From: an uncultured delta proteobacterium | GTDB lineage: Bacteria > Desulfobacterota > Desulfobacteria > Desulfobacterales > B30-G6 | Direction of reading: 5' to 3' | Assembly (NCBI GenBank): GCA_963823335.1 | Contig: CAWGLD010000009.1 | Coordinates: 1 to 64,000 of the forward strand | DNA: 64,000 nt | In this document: in pieces, positions 41,372 through 50,479 of the stretch | Layout of the letters: every line of letters begins with the position of its first letter | Numbering within the stretch: the first letter of the stretch is position 1 | Position numbers and translations under genes: made by a program | The notes under the pieces: model-generated | Seen by the model: the letters and a program-made list of their open reading frames with translations, nothing else | Databases searched by the model: none | Told to the model about the DNA's origin: nothing

Positions 41372-41545
41372 CTCCTACGATTCGGTAGATATCAGGTGCC
41401 TTAAAAACCACCGATGTGCGAAAATAATCGCAATGGGCTAAATCTTGCAGAATTAGGAGTTCACGTGGTACCGTGGGGATGACCAGATGGCATCAGTAAT
41501 ATTGTCTGTAATTCCAGCAACAAAGCTGATCTCCATCAATCACAG
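41372..41545 (+). repeat. family A element, copy 4
   Basis: CGGTAGATATCAG...CACCGATGTGCGAAAATAATCGCA...CGTGGTACCGTGGGGATGACCAGATGG...CTCCAT. Confidence 0.85.
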
Positions 41546-41685
41546 GTCTGGATTTCAGCTATTTCAGTTTAAAATATCCCATTTCTTGACCCATCCTGCA
41601 AAATCATGTATCAATTTTATAAATCCCTTTATTCACTTCATTTTCATATAGAATCATCTTCAAACCCTAAACCGAAGGTGATCTT

Positions 41686-43458
41686 ATGCCCAACGAACAA
41701 AAAGTCACCAGAAAACTTAGAGCCATTCTCAGTGCCGATGTAAAGGGATACTCCCTCCTAATGGCAGACGATGAGGTTCATACCATCCAGACGCTGAAGG
41801 CGTACCGCAGCCTGATGTCTGATCTTATCCAACAGCATTCCGGTCGTGTTGTAGATAATCCCGGTGACAATCTTCTGGCAGAGTTCTCCAGTGCCGTAGA
41901 TGCTGTAGATTGTGCTGTGCAGGTCCAGAACAGGCTGAAGAAAGAGAATGCAAAGTTTGTCGAGGGCAAGAAACTTCAGTTCCGTATAGGCGTAAACATC
42001 GGTGATGTTGTTCAGGATGGTAATCGGATCTATGGAAGTGGTGTAAATGTTGCTGCTCGAATTGAAGGGTTGGCTGATCCGGGTGGTATATGCATATCAC
42101 GGAACACCTATGATCATGTGAAGGGCAAACTTAATATTGGCTTTGAGTACCTTGGTGAGCATGAGGTTAAAAATATTGGGGAACCTGTACGAGTATATAG
42201 GGTACTGTTGGATACAGATTCACATAAGCCACTGGTAGAAGAACTGCTTGAACTACCGGATAAACCCTCAATTGCCGTTCTTCCATTCGATAATATGAGT
42301 GATGATCCAGAGCAGGAATATTTCTCTGATGGAATAACAGAAGATATCATAACAGCTTTGTCACGCTCTTCATGGATGTTCGTGATAGCACGAAACTCCA
42401 GCTTCGCCTACAGAGGAAAGGCGGTTGATGTAAAAAAAATCAGCAAAGAGCTTGGGGTTCATTATGTTTTGGAAGGAAGCGTAAGAAAGGCAGGAAAAAA
42501 AATACGTGTAACAGCACAACTGATTGATGGGATTAGTGGAAAACATGTATGGGCTGAGAAATATGATGGCGATCTTCAGGATATTTTCAACCTACAGGAT
42601 CAGATAACACAAAAAGTTGTGGCTTCTACCTATACACAAGTTGCCTTGAGTATTGGGGAGGTTGAAACGAAGGTTAGAAGGGAAAATATCCGCACTTGGG
42701 AATTAATCGCTAAAGCTTGGAAATATGGATATGATTTTACAGAAGATAGTCTTGATTATGCAGAGAAACTATTGAGATCAGCGTTAGATTTAGACTCAAA
42801 TAGTGGAATGGCCAATTGTCTCTTAGGAAGTATGTTAATTCATAAGGTTATGATGGGCTATGTCCCTGGGAAAGTTCGTCAGATCATAGATGAATCTTAC
42901 CAATTTGCACATAAAGCAATATCAATTGATGAACAACTTGAGTTCGCTCATTGGGTTATCGCCATTATTCATTTGATGTCAGGAAAACATGATCTTGCAC
43001 TCGCTGAGTTTCAGCGTACAATAGAGATAAACCCTAATTTTTCATTAGGTTACGGAGCCCTTGGCTCTGCTCTCGCCTTTTGTGGAGAAACAGAAGAAGC
43101 GATTAATAATAACGAAATTGCAATAAGAATAAATCCCAGAGATTCGAGCATCTTTTATCGCTATTCTGATATAGCTTTATCCCATTTTTTAGCAGGAAGA
43201 TACACAGACGCAATTGAATGGTCAAAAAAAAGCATACAGAGAAAATCGTATTGGCAGATGGGCCACGCAATTCTTATATCCTCCCTCGGTCATCTTGATC
43301 GTCCAGAAGAGGCTAAAAGGGCGATAGAAGACTTTCGAGAATCGTTTTTCGGGAAAAGAATTTCAACTTTTAAAAACTTACCGTTTAAGTATTCCGAAGA
43401 TTCGATTAAGTTTCAAGAGGGGCTTCGAAAAGCAGGATTATTTGAACAGATACCATGA
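41686..43458 (+). CDS. class III nucleotidyl cyclase + single TolB-N/TPR module (no TM)
   Basis: same cyclase motifs; KPSIAVLPFDN; TPRs. Confidence 0.93.
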   Translation: MPNEQKVTRKLRAILSADVKGYSLLMADDEVHTIQTLKAYRSLMSDLIQQHSGRVVDNPGDNLLAEFSSAVDAVDCAVQVQNRLKKENAKFVEGKKLQFRIGVNIGDVVQDGNRIYGSGVNVAARIEGLADPGGICISRNTYDHVKGKLNIGFEYLGEHEVKNIGEPVRVYRVLLDTDSHKPLVEELLELPDKPSIAVLPFDNMSDDPEQEYFSDGITEDIITALSRSSWMFVIARNSSFAYRGKAVDVKKISKELGVHYVLEGSVRKAGKKIRVTAQLIDGISGKHVWAEKYDGDLQDIFNLQDQITQKVVASTYTQVALSIGEVETKVRRENIRTWELIAKAWKYGYDFTEDSLDYAEKLLRSALDLDSNSGMANCLLGSMLIHKVMMGYVPGKVRQIIDESYQFAHKAISIDEQLEFAHWVIAIIHLMSGKHDLALAEFQRTIEINPNFSLGYGALGSALAFCGETEEAINNNEIAIRINPRDSSIFYRYSDIALSHFLAGRYTDAIEWSKKSIQRKSYWQMGHAILISSLGHLDRPEEAKRAIEDFRESFFGKRISTFKNLPFKYSEDSIKFQEGLRKAGLFEQIP

Positions 43459-43509
43459 TAAGAATGCAAAATACACCACGTTTCTTTAGGCCTCTTATTG
43501 ATGGCATAA

Positions 43510-43682
43510 CTCCAACAAAAACAAGGTTATCAGACCCCTAAAATTTCACCGGTGTGCGATTATAATCACAACAGGCTGAATCTTGCATTGATAAGAATTT
43601 CCGTGGTGCTTTGGTGATGCCCAGATGGTATCGCTGATATTTACATCAAACTTGATAACTGGACTTATCTCCATTAATCACA
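43510..43682 (+). repeat. family A element, copy 5
   Basis: full-length match to the other copies. Confidence 0.88.
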
Positions 43683-43757
43683 AGCTGGAAATTCGAGGTT
43701 TATTAGCGTCTCCATTTTTGCATTATTTTCAATAACTTCAAGGTATGGAGGTTCGTT

Positions 43758-45203
43758 GTGCAACGCAGAAACCTATTCTATCTAATATCCGCTGTAGTCC
43801 TTTTGATAATATGGACCCAAACGATTGTGTGTGCTTTGGCTCTTGAAAAAAAACCAACGGCATTCATTCATGCAAACCTGATACCCATGACAACCGAAAA
43901 AGTACTACCAGACCAGACTGTGATCGTTGAAGGTAAGCAGATTGCAGTCATAGGTCCTTCCAGCCAAACGGAGATACCTTCCAATGCTATTGTGATCAAT
44001 TGCCAAAACGCGTTCATTATGCCTGGTTTATCTGACATGCATATGCATCTCCGATACGATTGGAGTAGGAATGTTTGGCCGGTGTCCCCCTTGAAGCTTT
44101 ATCTTGCCAATGGCGTCACGACAATTCGTTGCTTGGGACCAAGAGGAAAAACTGGCCGGTACGGTCTTACATGGCGGAGGGAGATCGATGCTGAGCATCT
44201 TGTTGGTCCAAATATATTGACATGTGGCCCTCAACTTCGCGGTCATTTCAAAAAGAATCCAGAACAAATTGTTATTGAGCAAAAATACCAAAGATTCGAT
44301 TTCATTAAAATCTATTCCTTCGTAACAAAGGAAGAATATCATACTATCATGTCAACAGCCAAAAGGCTTGATTTTTATACCGTTGGCCACATCCCATTTC
44401 AGGTGGGTCTGGAAGGTATTTTGGCAGAAGGCATGAATGAAATCGCTCATGTCGAAGAGCTTTTGTATGAATTTTATAATCTCGATCGCAGGCGCTACTT
44501 TGAAAAAGAAGGGGAGTGGATGGCTTATGCCAACCATAGCGGTTTCTATCAATTTGAGAACTATTTCAATCTCGATCCAAAGGATAGAGATCAAAAATTA
44601 GATGATATGGTTGCACCGGTGGTTAACAAGCTGAAAGATAAGGATATTCCAGTCTGCACCACACTGGTATTGGATGATATTCTTGTACAAAAGCTATTCG
44701 AACCGGATCTTTTTTTGAAGAAACCAGAAATTCGATTTTTGCCCGAGTGGTACAGGAAGCAATTTCTATCCGGAAAGGAGAAGCACCAACAACAGTTCAA
44801 GGGTGGTGAAGTGTTTGCTCAATTTAAATACGGGTTGGATAAAAAGCTTTTAACAAGTTTAAAAAAAGCAGGTGTCCAGTTACTGTTGTCTACAGACTCC
44901 GGGTCAGGAGCAATGGGTGTCGTACCGGGGTTTTCCATTCATGATGAACTCAGCATTCTGGTTGACAACGGCTTTACACCTTATGAGGCGCTTGCCGCTG
45001 GAACCGTCGTGGCTTCTAAAATTGTGAAAAGAATGAATGGACGAGATGATTTTGGAACCATCGTGCCTGGAAAAAGAGCAGATCTTATTTTATTGCATCA
45101 AAATCCACTGGAGGATGTTGCCAATGCCCGCAAGATAATTGGCGTCATGGCTGCCGGTCGATGGTATGATCAAAAGGCCATCGCTGAGATGTTGGATCAT
45201 TGA
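43758..45203 (+). CDS. amidohydrolase family protein (exported)
   Basis: MPGLSDMHMH, GVTTIR, STDSG, GKRADLILL..NPLED. Confidence 0.92.
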   Translation: MQRRNLFYLISAVVLLIIWTQTIVCALALEKKPTAFIHANLIPMTTEKVLPDQTVIVEGKQIAVIGPSSQTEIPSNAIVINCQNAFIMPGLSDMHMHLRYDWSRNVWPVSPLKLYLANGVTTIRCLGPRGKTGRYGLTWRREIDAEHLVGPNILTCGPQLRGHFKKNPEQIVIEQKYQRFDFIKIYSFVTKEEYHTIMSTAKRLDFYTVGHIPFQVGLEGILAEGMNEIAHVEELLYEFYNLDRRRYFEKEGEWMAYANHSGFYQFENYFNLDPKDRDQKLDDMVAPVVNKLKDKDIPVCTTLVLDDILVQKLFEPDLFLKKPEIRFLPEWYRKQFLSGKEKHQQQFKGGEVFAQFKYGLDKKLLTSLKKAGVQLLLSTDSGSGAMGVVPGFSIHDELSILVDNGFTPYEALAAGTVVASKIVKRMNGRDDFGTIVPGKRADLILLHQNPLEDVANARKIIGVMAAGRWYDQKAIAEMLDH

Positions 45204-45350
45204 ATCCATTAATCAATCAATTCACAGATATTATCACACATCAAATGGCTTTGAGATACTGAAAAACAGTTGTGCCATATATAAGGGTTCTTACGAGCAC
45301 AATAAGCTGAAGATTTCTTGCATAAACCTATTGCCCTGCACCGTTGATTT

Positions 45351-45520
45351 CTCCAACAAAACGGTAGATATCAGACCCCTGAAATTTTACCGGTGTGCGA
45401 AAATAATCACAACAGGCCAAATCTTGCATTCATAGCATCTGCCATGGTACCGTTGGGATGACCAAATGGTATCTGACAAATTCCCAAATTGTCGGATAGT
45501 TGGACTTGTCTCCATGTATC
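45351..45520 (+). repeat. family A element, copy 6
   Basis: full-length; preceded by CACCGTTGAT; hairpin TATCTGACAA/TTGTCGGATA. Confidence 0.9.
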
Positions 45521-45645
45521 GGTAATGTAGATTGTTGGCTATTTCTGTAAGATAGTGTTGAAAATTTTTTTCAGTTGAATTATAGGCTTATCGTTCCCTT
45601 CTGTCTCATTTCCGTTACCCCAAAACTAACAGTTAAGGAGAAAAC

Positions 45646-46320
45646 ATGAATCTGAATCTCGCAAAGCATTTCCTTGGTATTATCATGTTTCTTACTATTG
45701 TATCTGCATGTATTCTCTCTACCTCTTTTGCATATGCCCAAGGCGCTCCCTCATTCAGTATTGGTGCGTTTGGCGGATTTACTTCAGACATGTCCTCAGA
45801 GGCTGTGGAAGATTATGATGATACTGAGTGGGAGGCCGGTACAGCCTATGGCGGCAGTGTTATGTACCGTATGGCAAACGGTTTTGTTTTGGAGCTTATT
45901 GTTAAACAGTTCGAAATGGATGCAGAGGAGAATGGCGATGAAATTGGAACCTTGAAAGTGACACCCATACTCTTGATGATCGGCTACCAAAGCATGCCGA
46001 AAAATCAAAGCGGATTTGCTTTTCACGCCTCGATTGGGGGTGGGTATGCATCGTCAGATTTTGATAAAGGTGACGATATCAAAGACCTGGAAAGAGCTAA
46101 TGGCGTTAAAATCGACATCGACAATGACGATGCCTTCATGTTCGAGATGGGCGCCGGAGTCGATTACTTTTTCACAAGAAACATAGCACTGACGTTGGAC
46201 GGTCGGCTTGTAGCCGGGGATATCGATTCGGAATGGGATTTTAGTAATGGAGATTCGGAAGATTTTACGTTTCAGACGGGTCATTTCGAAGGCTTGGTGG
46301 GGCTTAGGCTCTGGTTTTAA
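45646..46320 (+). CDS. outer-membrane beta-barrel protein (OmpW/OmpA-TM-like)
   Basis: signal peptide, amphipathic strands, GAGVDYFF, C-terminal Phe. Confidence 0.85.
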   Translation: MNLNLAKHFLGIIMFLTIVSACILSTSFAYAQGAPSFSIGAFGGFTSDMSSEAVEDYDDTEWEAGTAYGGSVMYRMANGFVLELIVKQFEMDAEENGDEIGTLKVTPILLMIGYQSMPKNQSGFAFHASIGGGYASSDFDKGDDIKDLERANGVKIDIDNDDAFMFEMGAGVDYFFTRNIALTLDGRLVAGDIDSEWDFSNGDSEDFTFQTGHFEGLVGLRLWF

Positions 46321-46802
46321 TGATAAGACCATAACCTAATAGCCCTATTTGTAACGAAGGTTACATTCATTCATCGATCCATCAATGAATCATTATTCCT
46401 ATTTGTATAAGTTGCATAGATTAAAGTGGCAGAGCTACCTTAGCTCTGCCACTTCTTTATATATCACATATGGTTCTGAAGGTTGTAAAGTTGCACTAAC
46501 TCCTACACATCGGTATTTAACGATATTTACAGGTTTTACAGCAAATCACCACCATAGCCATTTTTAGACAACCTGTATTTTTATGTTATCATCAGGGAGA
46601 ATCGTTTCGGCGGTTTTCCCTTTTTTGCAAATTTGTAAGAAAAATGGTATCTGTAACGACATATTGGGCATTTCGATGTCAGATATGCTCAGAAAACACA
46701 GGTTTTTTGGGCGGGGTGATAACCTGAACATCTCTCCATCTATCTTTACCCCACAGGGGCACAAATATCTGAAAAACATGATCCCGTAACTTGGAAAAGA
46801 AC

Positions 46803-47264
46803 ATGCAGCTTAAGCCAATAGGAAATATTCAGACGCCTTATAAAGCAAAGGAAGATTGTCCGATTCAACCAATTTACGCTTCTAATGCTGAAGGTAAAAT
46901 AGAGATCTTCGAGCAATATGCTCCTGGCCTTAAGGATATAGAGGCTTTTTCACATCTCCACATCATATATTTATTCCATCGAGCAGGAGAGGTTCAACTG
47001 ATACGCCCTACATTTTTAGATGATGAACCTCATGGAATATATGCATCAAGGCACCCATGCCGACCAAATTCTATAGGCATGTCGATTGTTCAACTTAAAA
47101 AGAGAGTTGGGAACACACTAATTGTCAAAGGTGTTGACGTTCTTGATGGCACGCCACTTTTGGACATAAAACCATACATCCCAAAATTTGACATTATAGA
47201 ATCTGCCTCCAACGGTTGGGTTGATGGCACTCAATGGCGCCCTAAACCAAGAAATCGCGAGTAG
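46803..47264 (+). CDS. tsaA: TrmO/TsaA-family tRNA methyltransferase-like protein
   Basis: LKPIG.IQTPY, GIYASRHPCRPNSIG, DGTPLLDIKPY. Confidence 0.9.
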   Translation: MQLKPIGNIQTPYKAKEDCPIQPIYASNAEGKIEIFEQYAPGLKDIEAFSHLHIIYLFHRAGEVQLIRPTFLDDEPHGIYASRHPCRPNSIGMSIVQLKKRVGNTLIVKGVDVLDGTPLLDIKPYIPKFDIIESASNGWVDGTQWRPKPRNRE

Positions 47265-47266
47265 GA

Positions 47267-47418
47267 ACCCCCTAAAATTTTACCGGTGTGCGAAAATAAT
47301 CACAATCGACCGATTCTTGCATTAACGGTGGTCCCCATGGTACCGTGGGCATGACCAGATGGTATCGGCAATAATTTTGTTGAGTTTGATAACTGGACAT
47401 TGTCTCCATGTATCACAG
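47267..47418 (+). repeat. family A element, copy 7 (5'-trimmed)
   Basis: CCCCTAAAATTTTACCGGTGTGCGAAAATAATCACA...TTGCAT-N18-TACCGT...TTGATAACTGGACATTGTCTCCATGTATC. Confidence 0.88.
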
Positions 47419-47520
47419 ATCGACCAATCCGACCGCCTGCCTGTAAATCTCAATGTATCAGACCTTTGGGGATAAATAGAGAGAGATTATCGTCCATGAT
47501 TAATCATCCGAGCCAAACGC

Positions 47521-47549
47521 TTGACAATACCACAATGTAGTCATATAAT
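47521..47549 (+). promoter_or_regulatory. consensus sigma70 promoter
   Basis: TTGACA-N17-TATAAT upstream of the cupin gene. Confidence 0.85.
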
Positions 47550-47618
47550 TTAACATTCATATGGAACAGAGGTTTCGATATTTCGCCCAAGTAACAGGAT
47601 AACAAAGAGGATATTATC

Positions 47619-48005
47619 ATGCGCATAGCAAAAGAAGATGTGCCAGTTCAGATCGATGTGCCCGGCGCTACAGCCAGGCAGCAAACCGAATTTGGCGACG
47701 TTACTGGATATGAAAAGATGGGGGCAGAATATTTTTCTTTTGGAGCCGGTACTGACATAACGGAGTTGCTTCATGGACTTGATGGTGACCGCTGTCAGTG
47801 TCCACACTGGGGTTACGTTGTGAAGGGGGCCATCACTGCAATTTACACAGGTGGAGAAGAAGAGACGGCACGTATCGGCGATCTGTTCTATTGGCCTCCC
47901 GGACACAGTGTTAGAGCGGAAGAAGACACCGACATCGTGATGTTCAGTCCACAAAAAGAACACAGCGAGGTTATAGCGCATATTCTGAATAAGGTTAGCA
48001 CCTGA
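47619..48005 (+). CDS. cupin-fold protein
   Basis: CQCPHWGYVVKG...GDLFYWPPGH. Confidence 0.85.
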   Translation: MRIAKEDVPVQIDVPGATARQQTEFGDVTGYEKMGAEYFSFGAGTDITELLHGLDGDRCQCPHWGYVVKGAITAIYTGGEEETARIGDLFYWPPGHSVRAEEDTDIVMFSPQKEHSEVIAHILNKVST

Positions 48006-48430
48006 CACGCAGCATTCACTTTAGGTAGAAAAAACGCCTATTGTGCCAGTTGCGAAGCTTTGTTTCTTCAACAGAAAAAAAATACAAGCGGCCACGTGAC
48101 ATGAGCGGGTTGAACTTTGGTTGCGTGTGATGCTCGACTTTAATCAAAAATACTTATCGTTCCAACTCATCAGAATTGGACAATCTCACCAAAGCCCGAT
48201 TTCCAGAGACGGATTTCGGGCTTTTCTTCGTCAATCACTATGCGTATGTTTTTTAGCGGTGAAAAATGGATTCACATCGATCTTGGCCGTTTCTGGTATA
48301 AAGCTGCACCTTGGAGGGTGGTGACAACTCCAAACGGTGTACGAAGCTTCTGAGAATCTGATACCATATTGTCAAGCGATGTACTGGCCTTAATGTCAGT
48401 CTTGTCAAATCAAGTGTAGGTCAGGACAGC

Positions 48431-48697
48431 TTACTTCAACTGACTGTCTTTACTGCCACGTCGATTGATACCCGGTGGTAGCTTCTGCTTTTTTTCGTGT
48501 TCTGACTGGCAACTGACACATAGACAAACGCCAGGGACAGCTTTTCGGCGAGCATCTGGAATAACCGTATCGCATTCCGCACAATGACGCAATCCACCGC
48601 CACCGGGCAACCGGCTCCTGGCCCGATTTACAGCGTCTTTTACACTGGCGTCTATTTGTTCCTGAACAGCCCCATCACGGGTCCAACCACCTGCCAT
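48431..48697 (-). CDS. DksA/TraR C4 zinc-finger protein (YbiI-like)
   Basis: MAGGW.RDGAVQEQI, CAEC...CVSC, NRRGSKDSQL. Confidence 0.92.
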   Translation of the reverse strand: MAGGWTRDGAVQEQIDASVKDAVNRARSRLPGGGGLRHCAECDTVIPDARRKAVPGVCLCVSCQSEHEKKQKLPPGINRRGSKDSQLK

Positions 48698-48750
48698 AAT
48701 TGCTCCTGCTATCAATTAGAGATTGAGGTCACATCCTGATGGTTGATTGA

Positions 48751-48797
48751 AACTCCGCGCCGCAAGCAACGGGGAATGTTCTCGCTATTACGGTTCA
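48751..48797 (+). repeat. dispersed REP-like repeat family B
   Basis: CCGCAAGCAACGGGGAATGTTCTCGCTATTACGGTTCA. Confidence 0.65.
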
Positions 48798-48817
48798 AGA
48801 TGTGACCCCATATACTG

Positions 48818-49102
48818 CTAGGCCTCATAGGTCGTGATTACAACATTGGCGGCCTCTTCCCTGAGAACGATCAGTGACTGATACTTTTCGGAATGATACC
48901 AATCCTTGAGTGTGGGATAGTCAGGAAATTCGATTACGACAACACGATCATAGTCATGTTTGCCTGCAAGAACTGAAACAAGCTGACCCCTGAAAAGAAT
49001 CTTAGATTCATAGGGCGAAAGTGATTCTCGAACTCCTGCTACATACGCCTGCCAAAGCTCACCATTTTTTACTGAGATATGCCCTACAAGATATGCAGAC
49101 AT
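48818..49102 (-). CDS. DUF1330 family protein
   Basis: MSAYLV, RVVVIEFP, WYHSEKYQ. Confidence 0.88.
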   Translation of the reverse strand: MSAYLVGHISVKNGELWQAYVAGVRESLSPYESKILFRGQLVSVLAGKHDYDRVVVIEFPDYPTLKDWYHSEKYQSLIVLREEAANVVITTYEA

Positions 49103-49146
49103 TTGCTACTCCTATACTCAAATTTGGTATAACTTCACGATCCGAG

Positions 49147-49344
49147 TCATCGACAACCAGAAGGTTGGTTCGAAGTAACCATATATTTCAGTATGGTCAA
49201 GCGATAACGTCTTTTTGCTTCAAAAAGCCATTGAAGCCAACTTCTGCGGTCCTTTGCGAACGTCAATACGAAATCTCTTTTGTGGCATCGGTGGGTTATA
49301 TGCCATATCATACCGGGTATGTGGTGTCGTTTTGCTCGCGCCAT
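49147..49344 (-). pseudogene. N-terminal fragment of a REP-associated (Y1/HUH) tyrosine transposase
   Basis: MARAKRHHIPG.IWHITHRCH...YMVTSN, cut just before the HUH motif. Confidence 0.82.
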
Positions 49345-49562
49345 GGCTATATCGCCGTTTTTGTCCCCCAAAAGTGGGGTATAGAACCTATACAGGGAAT
49401 ATATTGAAGGATATTTTATGTTAATTCAATTCGTTAGCTTGGTCTGTTAGCTTGGCCCGACCCCCTTGATACCCCTTGATATCTTGGGCAAATGATGTCA
49501 TATGCGGCGCAGGAGAGCATATACCAAGAACGTCACGCATCATATCAACAGCAGGAGATGAC

Positions 49563-49775
49563 ATGTCTGAAAATATCATCGAAAAATTTCAGCAAGAACG
49601 GAAGGCACTGAACGATCTTGTCATGCAATACGCTGGTCTCGGCACCAAGCGTTTTTACAGTCTTGGCTCCCAAGCCTACCGTGAAGGTGCCCTGCCGGTC
49701 AAGACAAAGGAACTGCTGGGTCTCGTGGCATCATTCGTGCTGCGTTGCGCGATGACTGCATCAAGTACCATCCAA
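49563..49775 (+). pseudogene. carboxymuconolactone decarboxylase/AhpD-like fragment
   Basis: GALPVKTKELLGLVASFVLRC, then a 2-nt insertion before DDCIKYH; truncated. Confidence 0.78.
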
Positions 49776-49813
49776 CTTTCGTATCACCCTTGTATCACCC
49801 TCGAACCCTGCTC

Positions 49814-50278
49814 TTATCCCCCGTGCAGCACCTTCAATTTGGCATCGATAAGCTGCTGATGAGACAGACGTAACAGATTTTTTAGCTTGTTCATCAGATA
49901 ATGTTCATACTGGTCCATCTTACCATCCACATAAACAATTCGCCACAAGGTCTCGACAATCTCAATTTTCTCCTCGTTGGTATAATTCTCGTTGATCAGC
50001 CTTGCAAACTGCCACAGGTCAAGGCTTCTATCCAGTTCGGCTTCGGCTTCGGCAATCAAAGCATCGGCGTGTTCCTTTGACAAATCGTATTTGTCCTTGA
50101 GTATCGACAGAACGGTTTCCAACTCCACGTCCGTAAAGGTCTCGTCAATACGCCCGATCTCCACCAGAAGTGCGCACGTGGCAACCCGGATATCGTGTTC
50201 CCTGGACGGACCCGGTCCTGGTTTCTGTTCATTATCTCCCTGTTTTTTTTCAAAAAAACGTTTTATTGAATCCAGCAT
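49814..50278 (-). CDS. TerB-family protein
   Basis: ATCALLVEI, DLWQFARLIN, LWRIVYVDG...EH. Confidence 0.88.
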   Translation of the reverse strand: MLDSIKRFFEKKQGDNEQKPGPGPSREHDIRVATCALLVEIGRIDETFTDVELETVLSILKDKYDLSKEHADALIAEAEAELDRSLDLWQFARLINENYTNEEKIEIVETLWRIVYVDGKMDQYEHYLMNKLKNLLRLSHQQLIDAKLKVLHGG

Positions 50279-50479
50279 ATTTTTCCTCTCTGATCCTTAC
50301 CCTGAATCGGATTTATTATGAAGATAAAATAAGAACCAAAAGTGGCTTCAAAATTACAGATCACGCCCAAGAAAAAGGCCTGGGCTGATAAAAAAACGCA
50401 GCCTACATCATGTGTGTGAGCATTTTGTGGAAGCATACAACCCATTTGTTGTGCGTTAGATGTGCTTTTGAAGCCGCTG

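Noticed and set aside
16016-43458. DGR or Pycsar defence locus
   Set aside because: No reverse transcriptase or TR/VR pair, and no adjacent cNMP-binding effector gene.
37850-47418. Family A repeats as a CRISPR array or classical attC integron
   Set aside because: The units are ~170 bp and separated by whole genes; there are no cas genes, no consistent RYYYAAC/GTTRRRY boxes, and the recombinase lacks the IntI insertion.
48060-48420. Possible IS end or ncRNA after the cupin gene
   Set aside because: No repeat partner, IR pair or recognisable motif found.
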